Below, in pieces: positions 1-9,900 of a DNA stretch of 64,000 nt (position 1 is its first letter; every line of letters begins with the position of its first letter). The position numbers and the translations under genes were made by a program. The stretch spans positions 77,301 through 141,300 of the forward strand of contig JAIYBC010000055.1 in assembly GCA_027488845.1 (NCBI GenBank), read 5' to 3'. Source of the DNA: Verrucomicrobiales bacterium. GTDB taxonomy: Bacteria; Verrucomicrobiota; Verrucomicrobiia; Limisphaerales; UBA9464. The notes beneath the pieces are model-generated. The model saw only the letters and a list, made by a program, of their open reading frames with translations. It searched no databases and was not told the origin of the DNA.

Positions 1-1
1 G

Positions 2-301
2 CAGCGGTCCAACCTGTCCGTCATCGCGTTGAAGTACTTCTCGATCCGGGCGCTGCCCCTCGCGGCCTTCGTCTGGCCCGTGGTGTTCCTCAACAACCTC
101 AAGTCGGGTCGGTGGTCGGTGTTGCGCCGCGACTTCCAGTCCCTGGCCGAGATTTTCCGCAGGGCTCCCGCGGCGATCCGATTCCGCCGTTCCAACACGG
201 CTTGGAACCGCAGCCATCCCGGCGAGGAATTCTTCCGGGAGGCGCGCTTCCAGCGGAGCGTGCCGGTGGATCCCTCCGCGACCGCCCGTCCCGCCGCTTG
301 A
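2..301 (+). CDS. 3' end of an unidentified protein, possibly membrane-associated; gene begins upstream of the window
   Basis: The frame is open from window position 2 to TGA at 299-301 and contains a hydrophobic stretch (PLAAFVWPVVFL). I recognise no motif, and the call rests only on ORF continuity to the window edge. Confidence 0.3.
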   Translation, partial: QRSNLSVIALKYFSIRALPLAAFVWPVVFLNNLKSGRWSVLRRDFQSLAEIFRRAPAAIRFRRSNTAWNRSHPGEEFFREARFQRSVPVDPSATARPAA

Positions 302-334
302 CCGCCCGGGGCTTCCCGCCGATAGATCTTCGCG

Positions 335-793
335 TTGTCGCTCCCGGTTCCATCTGGTTCCCACAGGTTCGGTCTCCGTTTCTTCGCGGGGATCCTCGCC
401 TTGCTGTGGGTGCTTTCAGGATCCCTGTGCGCCTACCATTGCAGTCACTCCGAACGCGGTGCCCAGATCGACAACGGGTCGGTCCAGACGGCCCACGGAT
501 GCTGTCACAAGGGCGGGGATCCAAGGGATCCGTCTCCCGGCAACGGCGGTGATTCCGAGGCCTCCTGCGTGATCCTGGCGCTGGCCGCGGGTTCACCGAC
601 CGGTCCGGCCGAAGGAGTCGCCTGGATTCCGTCCTCCGCGGTTCACTTCGAGCTCGTCTCCTCCATCCGCCTGGCTTCTCCGGGTTCGGTCGACGCGGCC
701 ATCTCCCCGGCACGCGCATCGGACAGGCCTTCGCTCCCGGCGGAGTTCCTCGGGCCGGCATTCCGTTCGCTGGCTCCTCCTTCGGTTTCCTGA
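335..793 (+). CDS. small Cys/His-rich protein with an N-terminal hydrophobic segment, possibly metal-binding
   Basis: This 152-aa ORF sits directly upstream of the heavy-metal RND operon. It has an N-terminal TM/signal-like stretch (FFAGILALLWVLSGSL) followed by CAYHCSHSE...HGCCHKGGD, which is dense in Cys/His. I did not recognise a family. Confidence 0.3.
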   Translation: MSLPVPSGSHRFGLRFFAGILALLWVLSGSLCAYHCSHSERGAQIDNGSVQTAHGCCHKGGDPRDPSPGNGGDSEASCVILALAAGSPTGPAEGVAWIPSSAVHFELVSSIRLASPGSVDAAISPARASDRPSLPAEFLGPAFRSLAPPSVS

Positions 794-954
794 CCCGGCC
801 CGGGTGCCCCTGGCCCCGGGATCGGTTCGCGCTGCCTCCGCCCTCCCGTGGCGCGCGTCCACGGATTCCACGGCTACCGCTCCCGGCGGGCCGCCTTCCT
901 CCCCATCCCGTTCCGTTTTCATCGGGTCCCCCGAAGGACCCATCCGTTCGTGTC

Positions 955-2268
955 ATGAAGAATTCCTTACCGAGAGTTGCGGTAGTGGCCGCCGTCGTCG
1001 CGGTCCTGTCGGCGGGTTCCATCCCCGCGGACGCCGAGCCGTTGTCCCCGGCCTTGGTGACCCGCCTGGCCGAGCCGCTGCGGACCGGGCATCCCGGCCT
1101 ACGCGCCCTGGCCCGGCACAGCGACGCCGCGCAGTCCGCCGCCGCATCCGTCCGCATCTGGGCGGATCCCACGCTCAAGGCCGGGGGCGCCGCGATGGGA
1201 TCGCGCGGACCCATGGCCACCCAGGACGGCGACCTCGTGCTGGGCCTGAGCCAGGACCTCCCTTGGATGGGTAAGGAGACCGCGCGCAGATCCGTCGCCC
1301 GGGAGGAAGCCCGTTCCGCCCAGGTCATGGAGGAGGCCCGGTGGATCGAGTTGCGACGGGACCTCTCAGCGGCACTGGCGAACGCCGCCCTCTCGGACCG
1401 CCTGTTGGGGTTGGCGAAGGACGAGGCCGCGTGGCTGCGGCGCATGGAGGAGGAGGCCGCGTCCCGGCACGCCTCCGGGACGGGGGAGGCGGTGGCGCTG
1501 CTCCGGATCGCCAACGAACGTTCCCGGGCTGCGCTCTCGGTCACCAACGGAGAGGGGTTCCGGCTCGATGCGCGCGCGACGTTGGAGCGATTGCTCGGAC
1601 GTCCCGCGGCCGAGGGCCTTCCGACCCTGGAGCTGCCCCCGCCGCTGTCCGAGATCCGGTTCGCGCCCGAACTGGTCGCGGTCGCGATGAACGCCGAGCC
1701 GCGTCTCCGGAGGGCGCGGCGCCGGACCAAGGAGGCCGCGGTCCGGATCGAGTCGGCACGCCGCGCGGGGCGCCCGGACCTCTCGCTGGGTGTCGACTCC
1801 CGCCAGTACTCCGGGGACGCCGGCCTGCGCGAGGCGATGGTCACCCTCAGCATGAGCCTTCCCTGGTTCAACCGGTCCCGGTACCGCGGCGAACTCGATC
1901 GGGAACGCTTCTCCGCCGAGGCGGCGAGGCTCGAACAGGTGGACCTGGAAACCGAGGTCGCCGCCGAGGTCCACCACCTGGTCACCGCCATCAACTCCGC
2001 CGGACGCGAACAGCGTCTCCATCGCGAGACGCTCCTGCCCCGGATCCGCGCCGCGCTCGAGATCGAGCTGGGTCGCTGGTCCACGGGCCGGGGTGAATTC
2101 CGCGACCTCCTCGACCTCCACCGCATGCAGGTCGACGCCGAGGTCCGGCTCGCCCGCGCCGCCGCCGAACAGTGGAACGCGATCGGCGAACTGCTGCTCT
2201 GCTGTGGCCTCGACGATCTCGAGGCCTTCGTCGTCCCCGCTCCCCTGGCCGCCTCCGCCAAGCCATGA
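955..2268 (+). CDS. RND efflux outer membrane factor, TolC/CusC/CzcC family
   Basis: 437 aa with a signal peptide and two outer-membrane-efflux repeats (PDLSLGVDSRQYSGD, TLSMSLPWFNRSRYRGE). Its stop overlaps the next start (ATGA at 2265-2268), so it is first in a CBA operon. Confidence 0.8.
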   Translation: MKNSLPRVAVVAAVVAVLSAGSIPADAEPLSPALVTRLAEPLRTGHPGLRALARHSDAAQSAAASVRIWADPTLKAGGAAMGSRGPMATQDGDLVLGLSQDLPWMGKETARRSVAREEARSAQVMEEARWIELRRDLSAALANAALSDRLLGLAKDEAAWLRRMEEEAASRHASGTGEAVALLRIANERSRAALSVTNGEGFRLDARATLERLLGRPAAEGLPTLELPPPLSEIRFAPELVAVAMNAEPRLRRARRRTKEAAVRIESARRAGRPDLSLGVDSRQYSGDAGLREAMVTLSMSLPWFNRSRYRGELDRERFSAEAARLEQVDLETEVAAEVHHLVTAINSAGREQRLHRETLLPRIRAALEIELGRWSTGRGEFRDLLDLHRMQVDAEVRLARAAAEQWNAIGELLLCCGLDDLEAFVVPAPLAASAKP

Positions 2269-4025
2269 AACCGCTCCCCCTTTCCGCCCTCTGCCTCCTC
2301 CTCGGCGCCGCCGCCGGCGCGTTCCTCCACGACCGGCTCGGGCACGCCCCGACCAAGGCCGCCACACCCGACCCAGGCACGCCGGGAGGACGCCGAATCC
2401 GGTTCTACCAGTCCCCGATGCACCCGTGGATCAAGTCCGACAAACCCGGACGCTGCACGATCTGCGGAATGGACCTCGCCCCCGTCTACGAGGGGGATGC
2501 GGGCATTGCCGACCTCCCCGGACGGGTGACGCTTGGCACCAATTCGATCCAGGTCCTGCACGTCGCCTCCGTTCCGGCGGCCACCAACCCGGTGGCCCGA
2601 CGTCTCGCGCTTTCCGGCACGGTGGACGACGACGAGTCCGCCCATCGGGTCGTCGCCGCCCCCTTCGATGCGCGGATCGAGCGCCTGGACGTCCAGGCCG
2701 TGGGCGAGGAGTTGGAGGCGGGCCGGAGGATCGCCGTGGTCTACTCGCCGACGCTGCTCGCCGCCGAACGCGAGTACCTGTCGCTGTTCCGGGCCGGTGC
2801 CACCGGGGCTTCCGGCAGCCCGGGAACCGGCGTGGACCGGCTTCTTCCCGCGGCGCGCCGAAGGCTTCTCCAGATGGGCCTGCTTCCGGCCCAGATCGAC
2901 GCCCTTCCTTCCAAGGATCCCAGCCTGGACACCTCCGAGCTTCTGGCCGCCGTCGGCGGGACGGTGGTGATGAAGACGGCCTTCGCGGGTCAGTACGTGA
3001 AGGAAGGGGATCCGCTTTTCGAGACGGCCGACCTCGGCACGATGTGGGTCCAGCTCGTGGCCTACGAATCCGACCTCCCGTGGATCCGGCCCGGACAGTC
3101 CGTCTCGCTGCGCGTGGATTCGGTCCCGGCCCGCGTCTTCGAAGGCCGCGTCGACTTCATCGATCCCAACCTGGATCCCGCCACCCGCAGCACCCGTGTC
3201 CGGGTCGTGGTGGCGAATCCCGTGGTTCCCACCGGAGAAGGACCGCGCCGGCTCCTTCGTCACCGCGTCACCGCGACCGCGCGGATCGAGGCGGGTTTCG
3301 AAGCCCTGTCCGTGCCCCGTTCCGCGGTGTTGCGCGGTGGCGGCCCTGCCGTGGTGTACGTCGACCATGGAGGCGGATCGTTCGAGCGCCGTGAGGTCCG
3401 GGTGGGACGGATCGGCGACCAACGCCTTGAGGTCCTCGCAGGGCTCGAGGAAGGGGAACGGGTGGTCGTCGAGGGCGCCTTGATGATCGACGCCCAGACG
3501 CAGCTGAACCGGCCCGCGGATTCCGCGGGCGATTCGCCGGCCACGTCGAAGGCGGGTTCCGGATCCTCCGAGGCGTTGCCGCCCGGACTGCTCGCCTGGC
3601 TCGGATTCTCGGACCGGATCGCGGCTTCGCTCGCCGGCTCGGACATGTCCGCCTTCCGGAAGGAGGTCGCACATCATGGCCCTATCCGGGCCGATGCCGT
3701 GGCTTCGCTGGCAGGGCGGTCGGACGCCCTGAAGGGGGCGGTGGATTCGCTTCCCGCCCCGCCCGATGCGCAGGCGCTGTCGGGGATCGAGGAGGCGCGG
3801 CGATGGTTCGTCGGATTCGGCCGCGCTTCCGCGGTGGTGGTCGGCGCGGCCCGTTCACTCGGGATCGAGGTGCCGTTCCGCATCTACCAGTGCCCGATGG
3901 TTTCGACGGCCTTCCCGGGGGCTCCCAAGCGGGCCGTGTGGATCCAGTCGGGTGCCGAGGTCCGCAATCCCTACTTCGGTGCGGCGATGCCCGACTGCGG
4001 CACCGAACTCCGGGAGGTCCGGTGA
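2265..4025 (+). CDS. heavy-metal efflux RND periplasmic adaptor (CusB/CzcB-like) with HMBD motif and an unusual C-terminal extension
   Basis: Begins MKPLPLSALCLLLGAAAG. The N-terminus carries YQSPMHPWIKSDKPGRCTICGMDL, the heavy-metal-binding-domain motif of CusB-like adaptors. The biotinyl-lipoyl/beta-barrel adaptor core follows. A roughly 170-aa C-terminal extension contains a second YQCPM...CG motif. The stop overlaps the pump start (GTGA at 4022-4025). Confidence 0.8.
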   Translation: MKPLPLSALCLLLGAAAGAFLHDRLGHAPTKAATPDPGTPGGRRIRFYQSPMHPWIKSDKPGRCTICGMDLAPVYEGDAGIADLPGRVTLGTNSIQVLHVASVPAATNPVARRLALSGTVDDDESAHRVVAAPFDARIERLDVQAVGEELEAGRRIAVVYSPTLLAAEREYLSLFRAGATGASGSPGTGVDRLLPAARRRLLQMGLLPAQIDALPSKDPSLDTSELLAAVGGTVVMKTAFAGQYVKEGDPLFETADLGTMWVQLVAYESDLPWIRPGQSVSLRVDSVPARVFEGRVDFIDPNLDPATRSTRVRVVVANPVVPTGEGPRRLLRHRVTATARIEAGFEALSVPRSAVLRGGGPAVVYVDHGGGSFERREVRVGRIGDQRLEVLAGLEEGERVVVEGALMIDAQTQLNRPADSAGDSPATSKAGSGSSEALPPGLLAWLGFSDRIAASLAGSDMSAFRKEVAHHGPIRADAVASLAGRSDALKGAVDSLPAPPDAQALSGIEEARRWFVGFGRASAVVVGAARSLGIEVPFRIYQCPMVSTAFPGAPKRAVWIQSGAEVRNPYFGAAMPDCGTELREVR

Positions 4026-7000
4026 TCTCCGCCCTCATCCGTTGGTCGCTCGCGAACCGCTTCCTGGTGCTGTGCGCCGCGTTGGCCGTCGCCGGCTTTG
4101 GCGTACGCGCGGTCCGGGACACGCCGGTCGACGCCATTCCCGACCTGAGCGAAAACCAGGTGATCGTGTACGCCGACTGGGCCGGCCGCAGCCCGAGGGA
4201 GGTGGAGGACCAGGTCACGTTCCCGTTGTCTTCGGGGCTCCGCGGCCTCGCCGGCGTCCGCGGCGTCCGGGCCACCAGCATGTTCGGGTTCTCGGTGATC
4301 ACGGCGATCTTCGAGGACTCCATGGACAACTACTTCGCCCGGACCCGCGTGCTCGAGCGGCTCAGCCAGCTGACGGGGCAGCTGCCGGCGGGCGTGGTGC
4401 CCCAGATGGGGCCGGATGCCACGGGTCTCGGATGGGTCTTCCAATACCATCTCACCGTGGACCCGACGAAGGCTCCCGATGGCGGATACGACCTGGGACG
4501 CCTCCGGGCGATCCAGGACTGGTTCGTGCGATTCGAGCTCGGTTCCGTTCCCGGAGTGGCCGAGGTGGGTTCCATCGGCGGCTTCGTCCGGCAATACCAG
4601 GTCGAGGCCTCCTCGAGCCGGCTCCGCGAACGGGGACTCGCCCTCGGCGACGTGCTCGCCGCGGTCGGTCGGGCGAACCTGAACGTGGGCGGCAAGGTGA
4701 TCGAGGAGAACGGCCTCGAGCTGGTCGTCCGCGGCGTGGGACTGGTGCGTTCGGTCGACGACCTGGAGCGGATCGTGGTCGGTTCCGGGACGTCCGCGCC
4801 GGTCTACCTCCGCGACGTGGCCACGGTCCGGATCGGAGGGGAGTTCCGGCGGGGGACCCTGGACGTGGACGGACAGGAAGCGGTGGGTGGTGTCGTCGTG
4901 ATGCGCAACGGCGAGAACGCGCGCGAGGTCATCCGACGTGTCCAGGAGCGGATCGCGAAGATCCGCCCCAGCCTGCCGGAAGGTGTCGGCATCGAGCCGT
5001 TCTACGACCGTTCCGACCTCATCGACCGCACGCTCGACACCCTCCGGCACGCGCTTTGGGAGGAGGTGCTCCTGGTCACCCTGGCCCACATCCTCTTCCT
5101 CTGGCATTTCCGCAGCATCCTGATCGTCACCCTGCCGCTGCCCCTCTCGATCCTCGTGGCGTTCGTTCTGATGCAGGTCTTCGGCATCTCCTCGAACATC
5201 ATGTCGCTGACCGGCATCGCCATCGCGATCGGCGTGCTGGTGGACGCCGCGATCGTCATGACCGAGAACGTGCTCCGGCACTGTGAACGCGCGGAGGCGG
5301 AATCCCTCGCCCGCGGCGGAGGGCCCCTGGACGCGGCGACGCGCCTGCGGCTCACCCTGGAGGCTTCGGTCCAGGTGGGACGTCCGGTGTTCTTCGCGAT
5401 GGCGATCATCCTCCTCGCGTTCGTGCCGGTCTTCTCGCTGTCGGGTCGGGAAGGGAAGCTCTTCCACCCGCTGGCCTTCACCAAGACCTTCGCGATGCTG
5501 GGTTCGACGGTGTTCGCCGTGACGTTGGTCCCGGTGCTGTGCTCGTTCTTGGTCCGGGGGCCGTTCCACCGCGAGGAGGACAACCTCGTGATGCGGTTCC
5601 TGCTGCGGCTCTACGACCCGGTCCTGGATGCGGCACTCCGCTGGCGCAGGACCGTCCTGGGCCTTGCCGGCCTGATGCTCGCGGCGGCGTTGGTCGTGGC
5701 CTTCGGCTTGCCGAGGCCGCTGCAGCAACGCGTGGAATCCGTCATGCCCCGTGGACTGGCCTCGCTGACCCGCGGCATGGGAAGCGAGTTCATGCCGCCT
5801 TTGGACGAGGGTTCGCTGCTCTTCATGCCGGTGCTGGCGCCGGGCACGTCGCTCACCCAGGTGAAGGAGATCCTCGCCTGGCAGGACCGCGAGATCCGGC
5901 AGCTGCCCGAGGTCGCGAAGGTCGGCGGCAAGCTGGGACGCTTCGAGACCGCGACCGACCCGGCCCCGGTGGAGATGATCGAGACGACCATCCTGCTGAA
6001 GCCCGAATGGATCGCCACGAACCGTCTCTGGCTGGGCTTCATCCCGGTCCCGTCGACGGTCCGCAACCCGGAGTGGCGGCCCGGTATCACCCGCAGGGAG
6101 ATCGTCGACGAGCTGAGTCGCCGGCTTTCGGCGGTGCCGGGCTACGTCCCGGGATTCCTCCAGCCGATCGAGAACCGGCTGCTCATGCTCAGCACCGGCA
6201 TCCGCGCACAGCTTGGGGTCAAGGTGCTCGGCGACGACCTCGACGCCCTGCAGCGCATGGCCTTCGAGGTCGAGCGGGTGGTGCGGACGGTGCCGGGAGC
6301 CGTCGGCGTCGCGCCCAGCCGCGTCCAAGGCAAACCGTATCTCGAGATCGAGGTCGACCGCGTCCGCGCCGGCCGCTTCGGACTCGATGTCCAGGACGTG
6401 TTGGAGGTGGTGGAGACCGGCATCGGTGGCACCACCGTGGGAAACACCATCGAAGGCCGTGAACGGTATCCCATCCAGGTCCGGCTCGAGGCGTCCGAAC
6501 GCGGCGACATCGACCGTCTCGGCGAACTGCTCATCCCGACCCGTGAAGGGGCCGCGATCCCGCTGGCCCTGGTGGCGGACATCCGCCGTGTGCCGGGGCC
6601 GGGCGAGATCGCCAGCGAGAACGGCCGGCTGCGGGTCTTCGTCCAGGCCAACGTCCAGGACCGCGACCTCGCCGGCTTCGTCGAGGAGGTCCAGGAACGG
6701 CTCGAACGGGAGATCGTTCCGCGGCTGGGGAAGGGGATGACGCTCGAGTATTCCGGGGAACATGAGAACCAGATCCGCGCCGCCCGGACGCTGCGCTGGA
6801 TGGTGCCGGTCGTGATCGGAGTGATCTTCGTGCTGCTCCGGATGGTCTACAATTCCACCCGCGAAGCCGCCCATGTGCTGCTCGCCGTCCCCTTCGCCCT
6901 TTCCGGAGGGGTCTTCCTCCAATGGTGGCTCGGCTGGAACTTCAGCGTCGCGGTCTGGGTCGGCTACATCGCCCTTTTCGGGACCGCGATCCAGACCGGC

Positions 7001-7321
7001 GTCGTGATGGTGGTCTACCTCGACGAACAGGTCGAAGCCGCCCGCGCACGGCTCGGTTCGGCGTTCAACCGCGAGGACCTGCGGCAGGCGGTCAAGGACG
7101 GCGCCCGGCTGCGGCTGCGTCCGAAGGTGATGACCGTGGCCACGATCGTGGCCTCGCTCCTGCCGATCTTCTGGAGCCACCGCACCGGGGCCGAGGTCAT
7201 GCAACCGATCGCCACCCCGGTCGTCGGCGGCATGGTCAGCAGCCTCCTGCACATCCTCGTGGTCACGCCGGTGATCTTCCTCTGGCTCCGCGAGCGCGAC
7301 CTCGGCAAGGCCGGTCACTGA
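4022..7321 (+). CDS. heavy-metal efflux RND transporter, CusA/CzcA family
   Basis: About 1100 aa with the 12-TM RND architecture and motifs typical of HME-RND pumps (WAGRSPREVEDQVTFPL; GIAIAIGVLVDAAIVMTENV). Translation is coupled to the adaptor. Confidence 0.85.
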   Translation: MISALIRWSLANRFLVLCAALAVAGFGVRAVRDTPVDAIPDLSENQVIVYADWAGRSPREVEDQVTFPLSSGLRGLAGVRGVRATSMFGFSVITAIFEDSMDNYFARTRVLERLSQLTGQLPAGVVPQMGPDATGLGWVFQYHLTVDPTKAPDGGYDLGRLRAIQDWFVRFELGSVPGVAEVGSIGGFVRQYQVEASSSRLRERGLALGDVLAAVGRANLNVGGKVIEENGLELVVRGVGLVRSVDDLERIVVGSGTSAPVYLRDVATVRIGGEFRRGTLDVDGQEAVGGVVVMRNGENAREVIRRVQERIAKIRPSLPEGVGIEPFYDRSDLIDRTLDTLRHALWEEVLLVTLAHILFLWHFRSILIVTLPLPLSILVAFVLMQVFGISSNIMSLTGIAIAIGVLVDAAIVMTENVLRHCERAEAESLARGGGPLDAATRLRLTLEASVQVGRPVFFAMAIILLAFVPVFSLSGREGKLFHPLAFTKTFAMLGSTVFAVTLVPVLCSFLVRGPFHREEDNLVMRFLLRLYDPVLDAALRWRRTVLGLAGLMLAAALVVAFGLPRPLQQRVESVMPRGLASLTRGMGSEFMPPLDEGSLLFMPVLAPGTSLTQVKEILAWQDREIRQLPEVAKVGGKLGRFETATDPAPVEMIETTILLKPEWIATNRLWLGFIPVPSTVRNPEWRPGITRREIVDELSRRLSAVPGYVPGFLQPIENRLLMLSTGIRAQLGVKVLGDDLDALQRMAFEVERVVRTVPGAVGVAPSRVQGKPYLEIEVDRVRAGRFGLDVQDVLEVVETGIGGTTVGNTIEGRERYPIQVRLEASERGDIDRLGELLIPTREGAAIPLALVADIRRVPGPGEIASENGRLRVFVQANVQDRDLAGFVEEVQERLEREIVPRLGKGMTLEYSGEHENQIRAARTLRWMVPVVIGVIFVLLRMVYNSTREAAHVLLAVPFALSGGVFLQWWLGWNFSVAVWVGYIALFGTAIQTGVVMVVYLDEQVEAARARLGSAFNREDLRQAVKDGARLRLRPKVMTVATIVASLLPIFWSHRTGAEVMQPIATPVVGGMVSSLLHILVVTPVIFLWLRERDLGKAGH

Positions 7322-7639
7322 GGAGACGGCTGCGTTTCGATGGTCCGAGGCGGGTTGCGCGCAGGTCGGTGGGGCGGGCCGTGAGGCCGTGTCGGAGGAA
7401 GCAGGAACCGGAATTCTCAGCGGTCCGCCCTCCGGAGCTGGCAGAAAGGTGGATGCCGGTGGCAGAACGTCCGGGTGCGCCGGAATGGTGGTGCTCCGTG
7501 GTGTTGGTCGTTGAGCCCGGCACGTCGGTGCGCAGACTCGCGGGGTTCCAGTGGCAAATGAGAGTCCGCTCCGGTTGGAGACGGCGATGGGACGCTCGGC
7601 GATGGTCGGAATGAGCCCTGGTGCAGAAAGCCGAAACAG

Positions 7640-8980
7640 ATGCAGACACGGATCCACAACTTGAAGAACGCGCTCCTTGCCTTCGTGTCCGGCGTCCTCG
7701 TCGTCGCCGCGGCGTCGGCCGTGGTTTCCGCGATGACGACGGAGGGCCTCGCCGATGGCGCCACCGCCGGCGACGCGGCCTCCGCTTCGGATCCGCGGTC
7801 GCTCGGTGACTCGACGGTCTCGTTGGAGAACCCGTCGAAGTCCGGCACTTCGCCCCGGCAAGGCGCGCCGCCGACTCGGGCGGAGCTGCGTGCCGCCATC
7901 GAGCGGGGGTTGGTGTTCCTGCAAAAGGCGCAGAACACGAACGGCTGGTGGTCCACGCCGGACCAGCCCGCGATCACGGCCCTGGTCCTGACCGCCATGA
8001 ACCTGGAACCGACCCGGAGATTCCAGCGGAGCCGGACCTCCGAGATGAGCCGGGCGTTCGACTACATCCTCTCCTGCGTGAAGGAGGATGGTTCCATCCA
8101 CCGGATCGGCTTGGCGAACTACAACACCTCGCTCTCGCTGATGGCGCTGATCTCGGCCGCCGACACCAACTTCCTGCCGGTCATCCTGAAGGCCCGCGGG
8201 TTCATCGCCGCCGGCCAGATCGACATGGGGGTCAAGGGGACGAACGACACGCCGTTCGACGGTGGTGTGGGCTACGGCAGCAAGTACCAGCACTCCGACA
8301 TGAACAACACGCTCGTGGCGATCGAGGCGATGCGTGCTTCCGAGGCGCTTCTGCAGAGGGAGTACCCATCGGCCGTTCAGCCATCGCCGGACTCCGACCT
8401 GAGGAACGTGCCGTTGCCGGACCTGGATTGGAAGGCGGTGGCGCGCTTCCTGGCGAACTGCCAGAACCTTCCCGGAACCAATGCCTCCGAGCGGGTGTCG
8501 AACGACCCGAAGGACCGGGGCGGCTTCTTCTATTATCCCGGTCACAGCATGGCCGGCGCGGTCACCAACCCGGTCACGGGGAAGGTGGCCCTTCGAAGCT
8601 ACGGCAGCATGAGCTACGGCGGTCTGTTGAGCTTCATCCACGCCCGGATGAGCCAGGATGATCCGAGGGTGCTCGCCGTCCGGGACTGGCTTCGGTCGAA
8701 CTACACGATCGAGGAGAACCCCGGAATGGGGCAGCAGGGCTACTTCTACTACCTGCACCTGATGACCAAGGCGCTGGCGATCGCGGAGGAAGGGAGCCTC
8801 CGGTTGTCCGATGGCACGGAGGTTCCCTGGCAGTCCCAGGTCGCCGGGCGACTCCTGCGGCTTCAGGGGGCTGACGGCTCGTGGGTGAATCCGGAGCCGC
8901 GCTGGTGGGAGGCCGATCGCGTCCTCGCCACCTGCTACGCCGTGATGACGTTGGAGACGCTGGACCGGAGGATGCCCTAG
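7640..8980 (+). CDS. secreted prenyltransferase/squalene-oxidase-repeat (terpenoid cyclase-like alpha/alpha toroid) protein
   Basis: Signal peptide, then the characteristic NGWWSTPDQPAITALVLTAM and LANYNTSLSLMAL repeat motifs. First gene of an overlapping three-gene operon. Confidence 0.65.
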   Translation: MQTRIHNLKNALLAFVSGVLVVAAASAVVSAMTTEGLADGATAGDAASASDPRSLGDSTVSLENPSKSGTSPRQGAPPTRAELRAAIERGLVFLQKAQNTNGWWSTPDQPAITALVLTAMNLEPTRRFQRSRTSEMSRAFDYILSCVKEDGSIHRIGLANYNTSLSLMALISAADTNFLPVILKARGFIAAGQIDMGVKGTNDTPFDGGVGYGSKYQHSDMNNTLVAIEAMRASEALLQREYPSAVQPSPDSDLRNVPLPDLDWKAVARFLANCQNLPGTNASERVSNDPKDRGGFFYYPGHSMAGAVTNPVTGKVALRSYGSMSYGGLLSFIHARMSQDDPRVLAVRDWLRSNYTIEENPGMGQQGYFYYLHLMTKALAIAEEGSLRLSDGTEVPWQSQVAGRLLRLQGADGSWVNPEPRWWEADRVLATCYAVMTLETLDRRMP

Positions 8981-8982
8981 TC

Positions 8983-9900
8983 GTGCCCGCCTCCCCGCCA
9001 GATTCACGTTGGCTGACACCGGCTGAGGTCGGGCCTTTGCCGGCCGGATTCGCCGGGCGTGTGTTGGCGCTGCTGGTGACCTGCGTCGGGTTGAACGCGG
9101 CCGGGTTACGCGCCGACGGCCTCCCGGCCAAACCACCCGAAGCCGCCTCGGGTGCGACAAACCCGGCCACTCCGGCGGCCCTCGAGAAGCTCCGGTTTCC
9201 TGGGGTGAACATCAACGTCGAGGAGCGGTGCGTGGATCTGGAGGGGGCGGTCTGCCTTCATCGGGGCGCGCTGGAGCTGGTGGCGTGCAGCAAGGGAACC
9301 AAGGAGCACGAGTCCATCGTCGCGATTGCGGCCAAGCCCATGCATGTGCACGCCGCCCTCCTGCTGCTGGGGGCCAAGCCGGGCAGCCCGGCCACCCGCG
9401 AGCCGCTGGGTGATCCGCCCGTACGGTGGTTGGATGTTCCACCCAAGGGGGGGCCGGTGGATGTCTTTCTGGTGCTCCAGGGCGATGGAGGGAAGTGGGT
9501 CGAGCATCCCATCAGCGCCTTCATCGTCCCGGCCCGCAGCAGGTCCGGCGATGCCGCCGAAGGGAACCCCAAGCATCGGTTCCCGACGGACACGTTCGTC
9601 TTCGCGGGATCGGTGTTGCAGGACAACGGGCCGGGTCCCCGCCGCTACCTTTGCGACCAAAGCGGGAACCTGATCTCCCTCTCCACCTTCGGCGACGAGG
9701 TGCTTTGCCTGCCTGCGATCCACAGCCAGGAGAACGAGGCGCTGCCGTGGCAGGTCGACCCGACGCTCCTGCCTCCCGTCGGCTCGAACGTGATCCTCCG
9801 TCTACGTCCACAACCGGTTCCCACCGCCAAGCCTCCGAAGTCCAACCCGTCAACCCCGACTCCCGGCCCGGAGGGAGTGCAGAGCCGACCGATCCCATGA
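8983..9900 (+). CDS. hypothetical secreted protein with Pro-rich C-terminal tail
   Basis: In-frame GTG at 8983 immediately after the upstream stop. A hydrophobic signal-like segment (RVLALLVTCVGLNAAG) and a conserved-looking core (LELVACSKGTKEHESIVAIAAKPMHVHAALLLLG). The stop overlaps the next ATG (ATGA at 9897-9900). Confidence 0.5.
   Translation: MPASPPDSRWLTPAEVGPLPAGFAGRVLALLVTCVGLNAAGLRADGLPAKPPEAASGATNPATPAALEKLRFPGVNINVEERCVDLEGAVCLHRGALELVACSKGTKEHESIVAIAAKPMHVHAALLLLGAKPGSPATREPLGDPPVRWLDVPPKGGPVDVFLVLQGDGGKWVEHPISAFIVPARSRSGDAAEGNPKHRFPTDTFVFAGSVLQDNGPGPRRYLCDQSGNLISLSTFGDEVLCLPAIHSQENEALPWQVDPTLLPPVGSNVILRLRPQPVPTAKPPKSNPSTPTPGPEGVQSRPIP

Noticed and set aside
99-3677. 1192-aa minus-strand ORF overlapping the heavy-metal RND genes
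   Set aside because: It is antisense to well-supported outer membrane factor and adaptor genes. It is extremely Arg/Pro/Gly-rich, which is typical of stop-poor frames in 70% GC DNA.
3971-9160. 1729-aa minus-strand ORF
   Set aside because: It is antisense to the heavy-metal RND pump and the prenyltransferase-repeat gene. Its composition is low-complexity Arg/Gly/Pro/Asp, and it has no recognisable domains.
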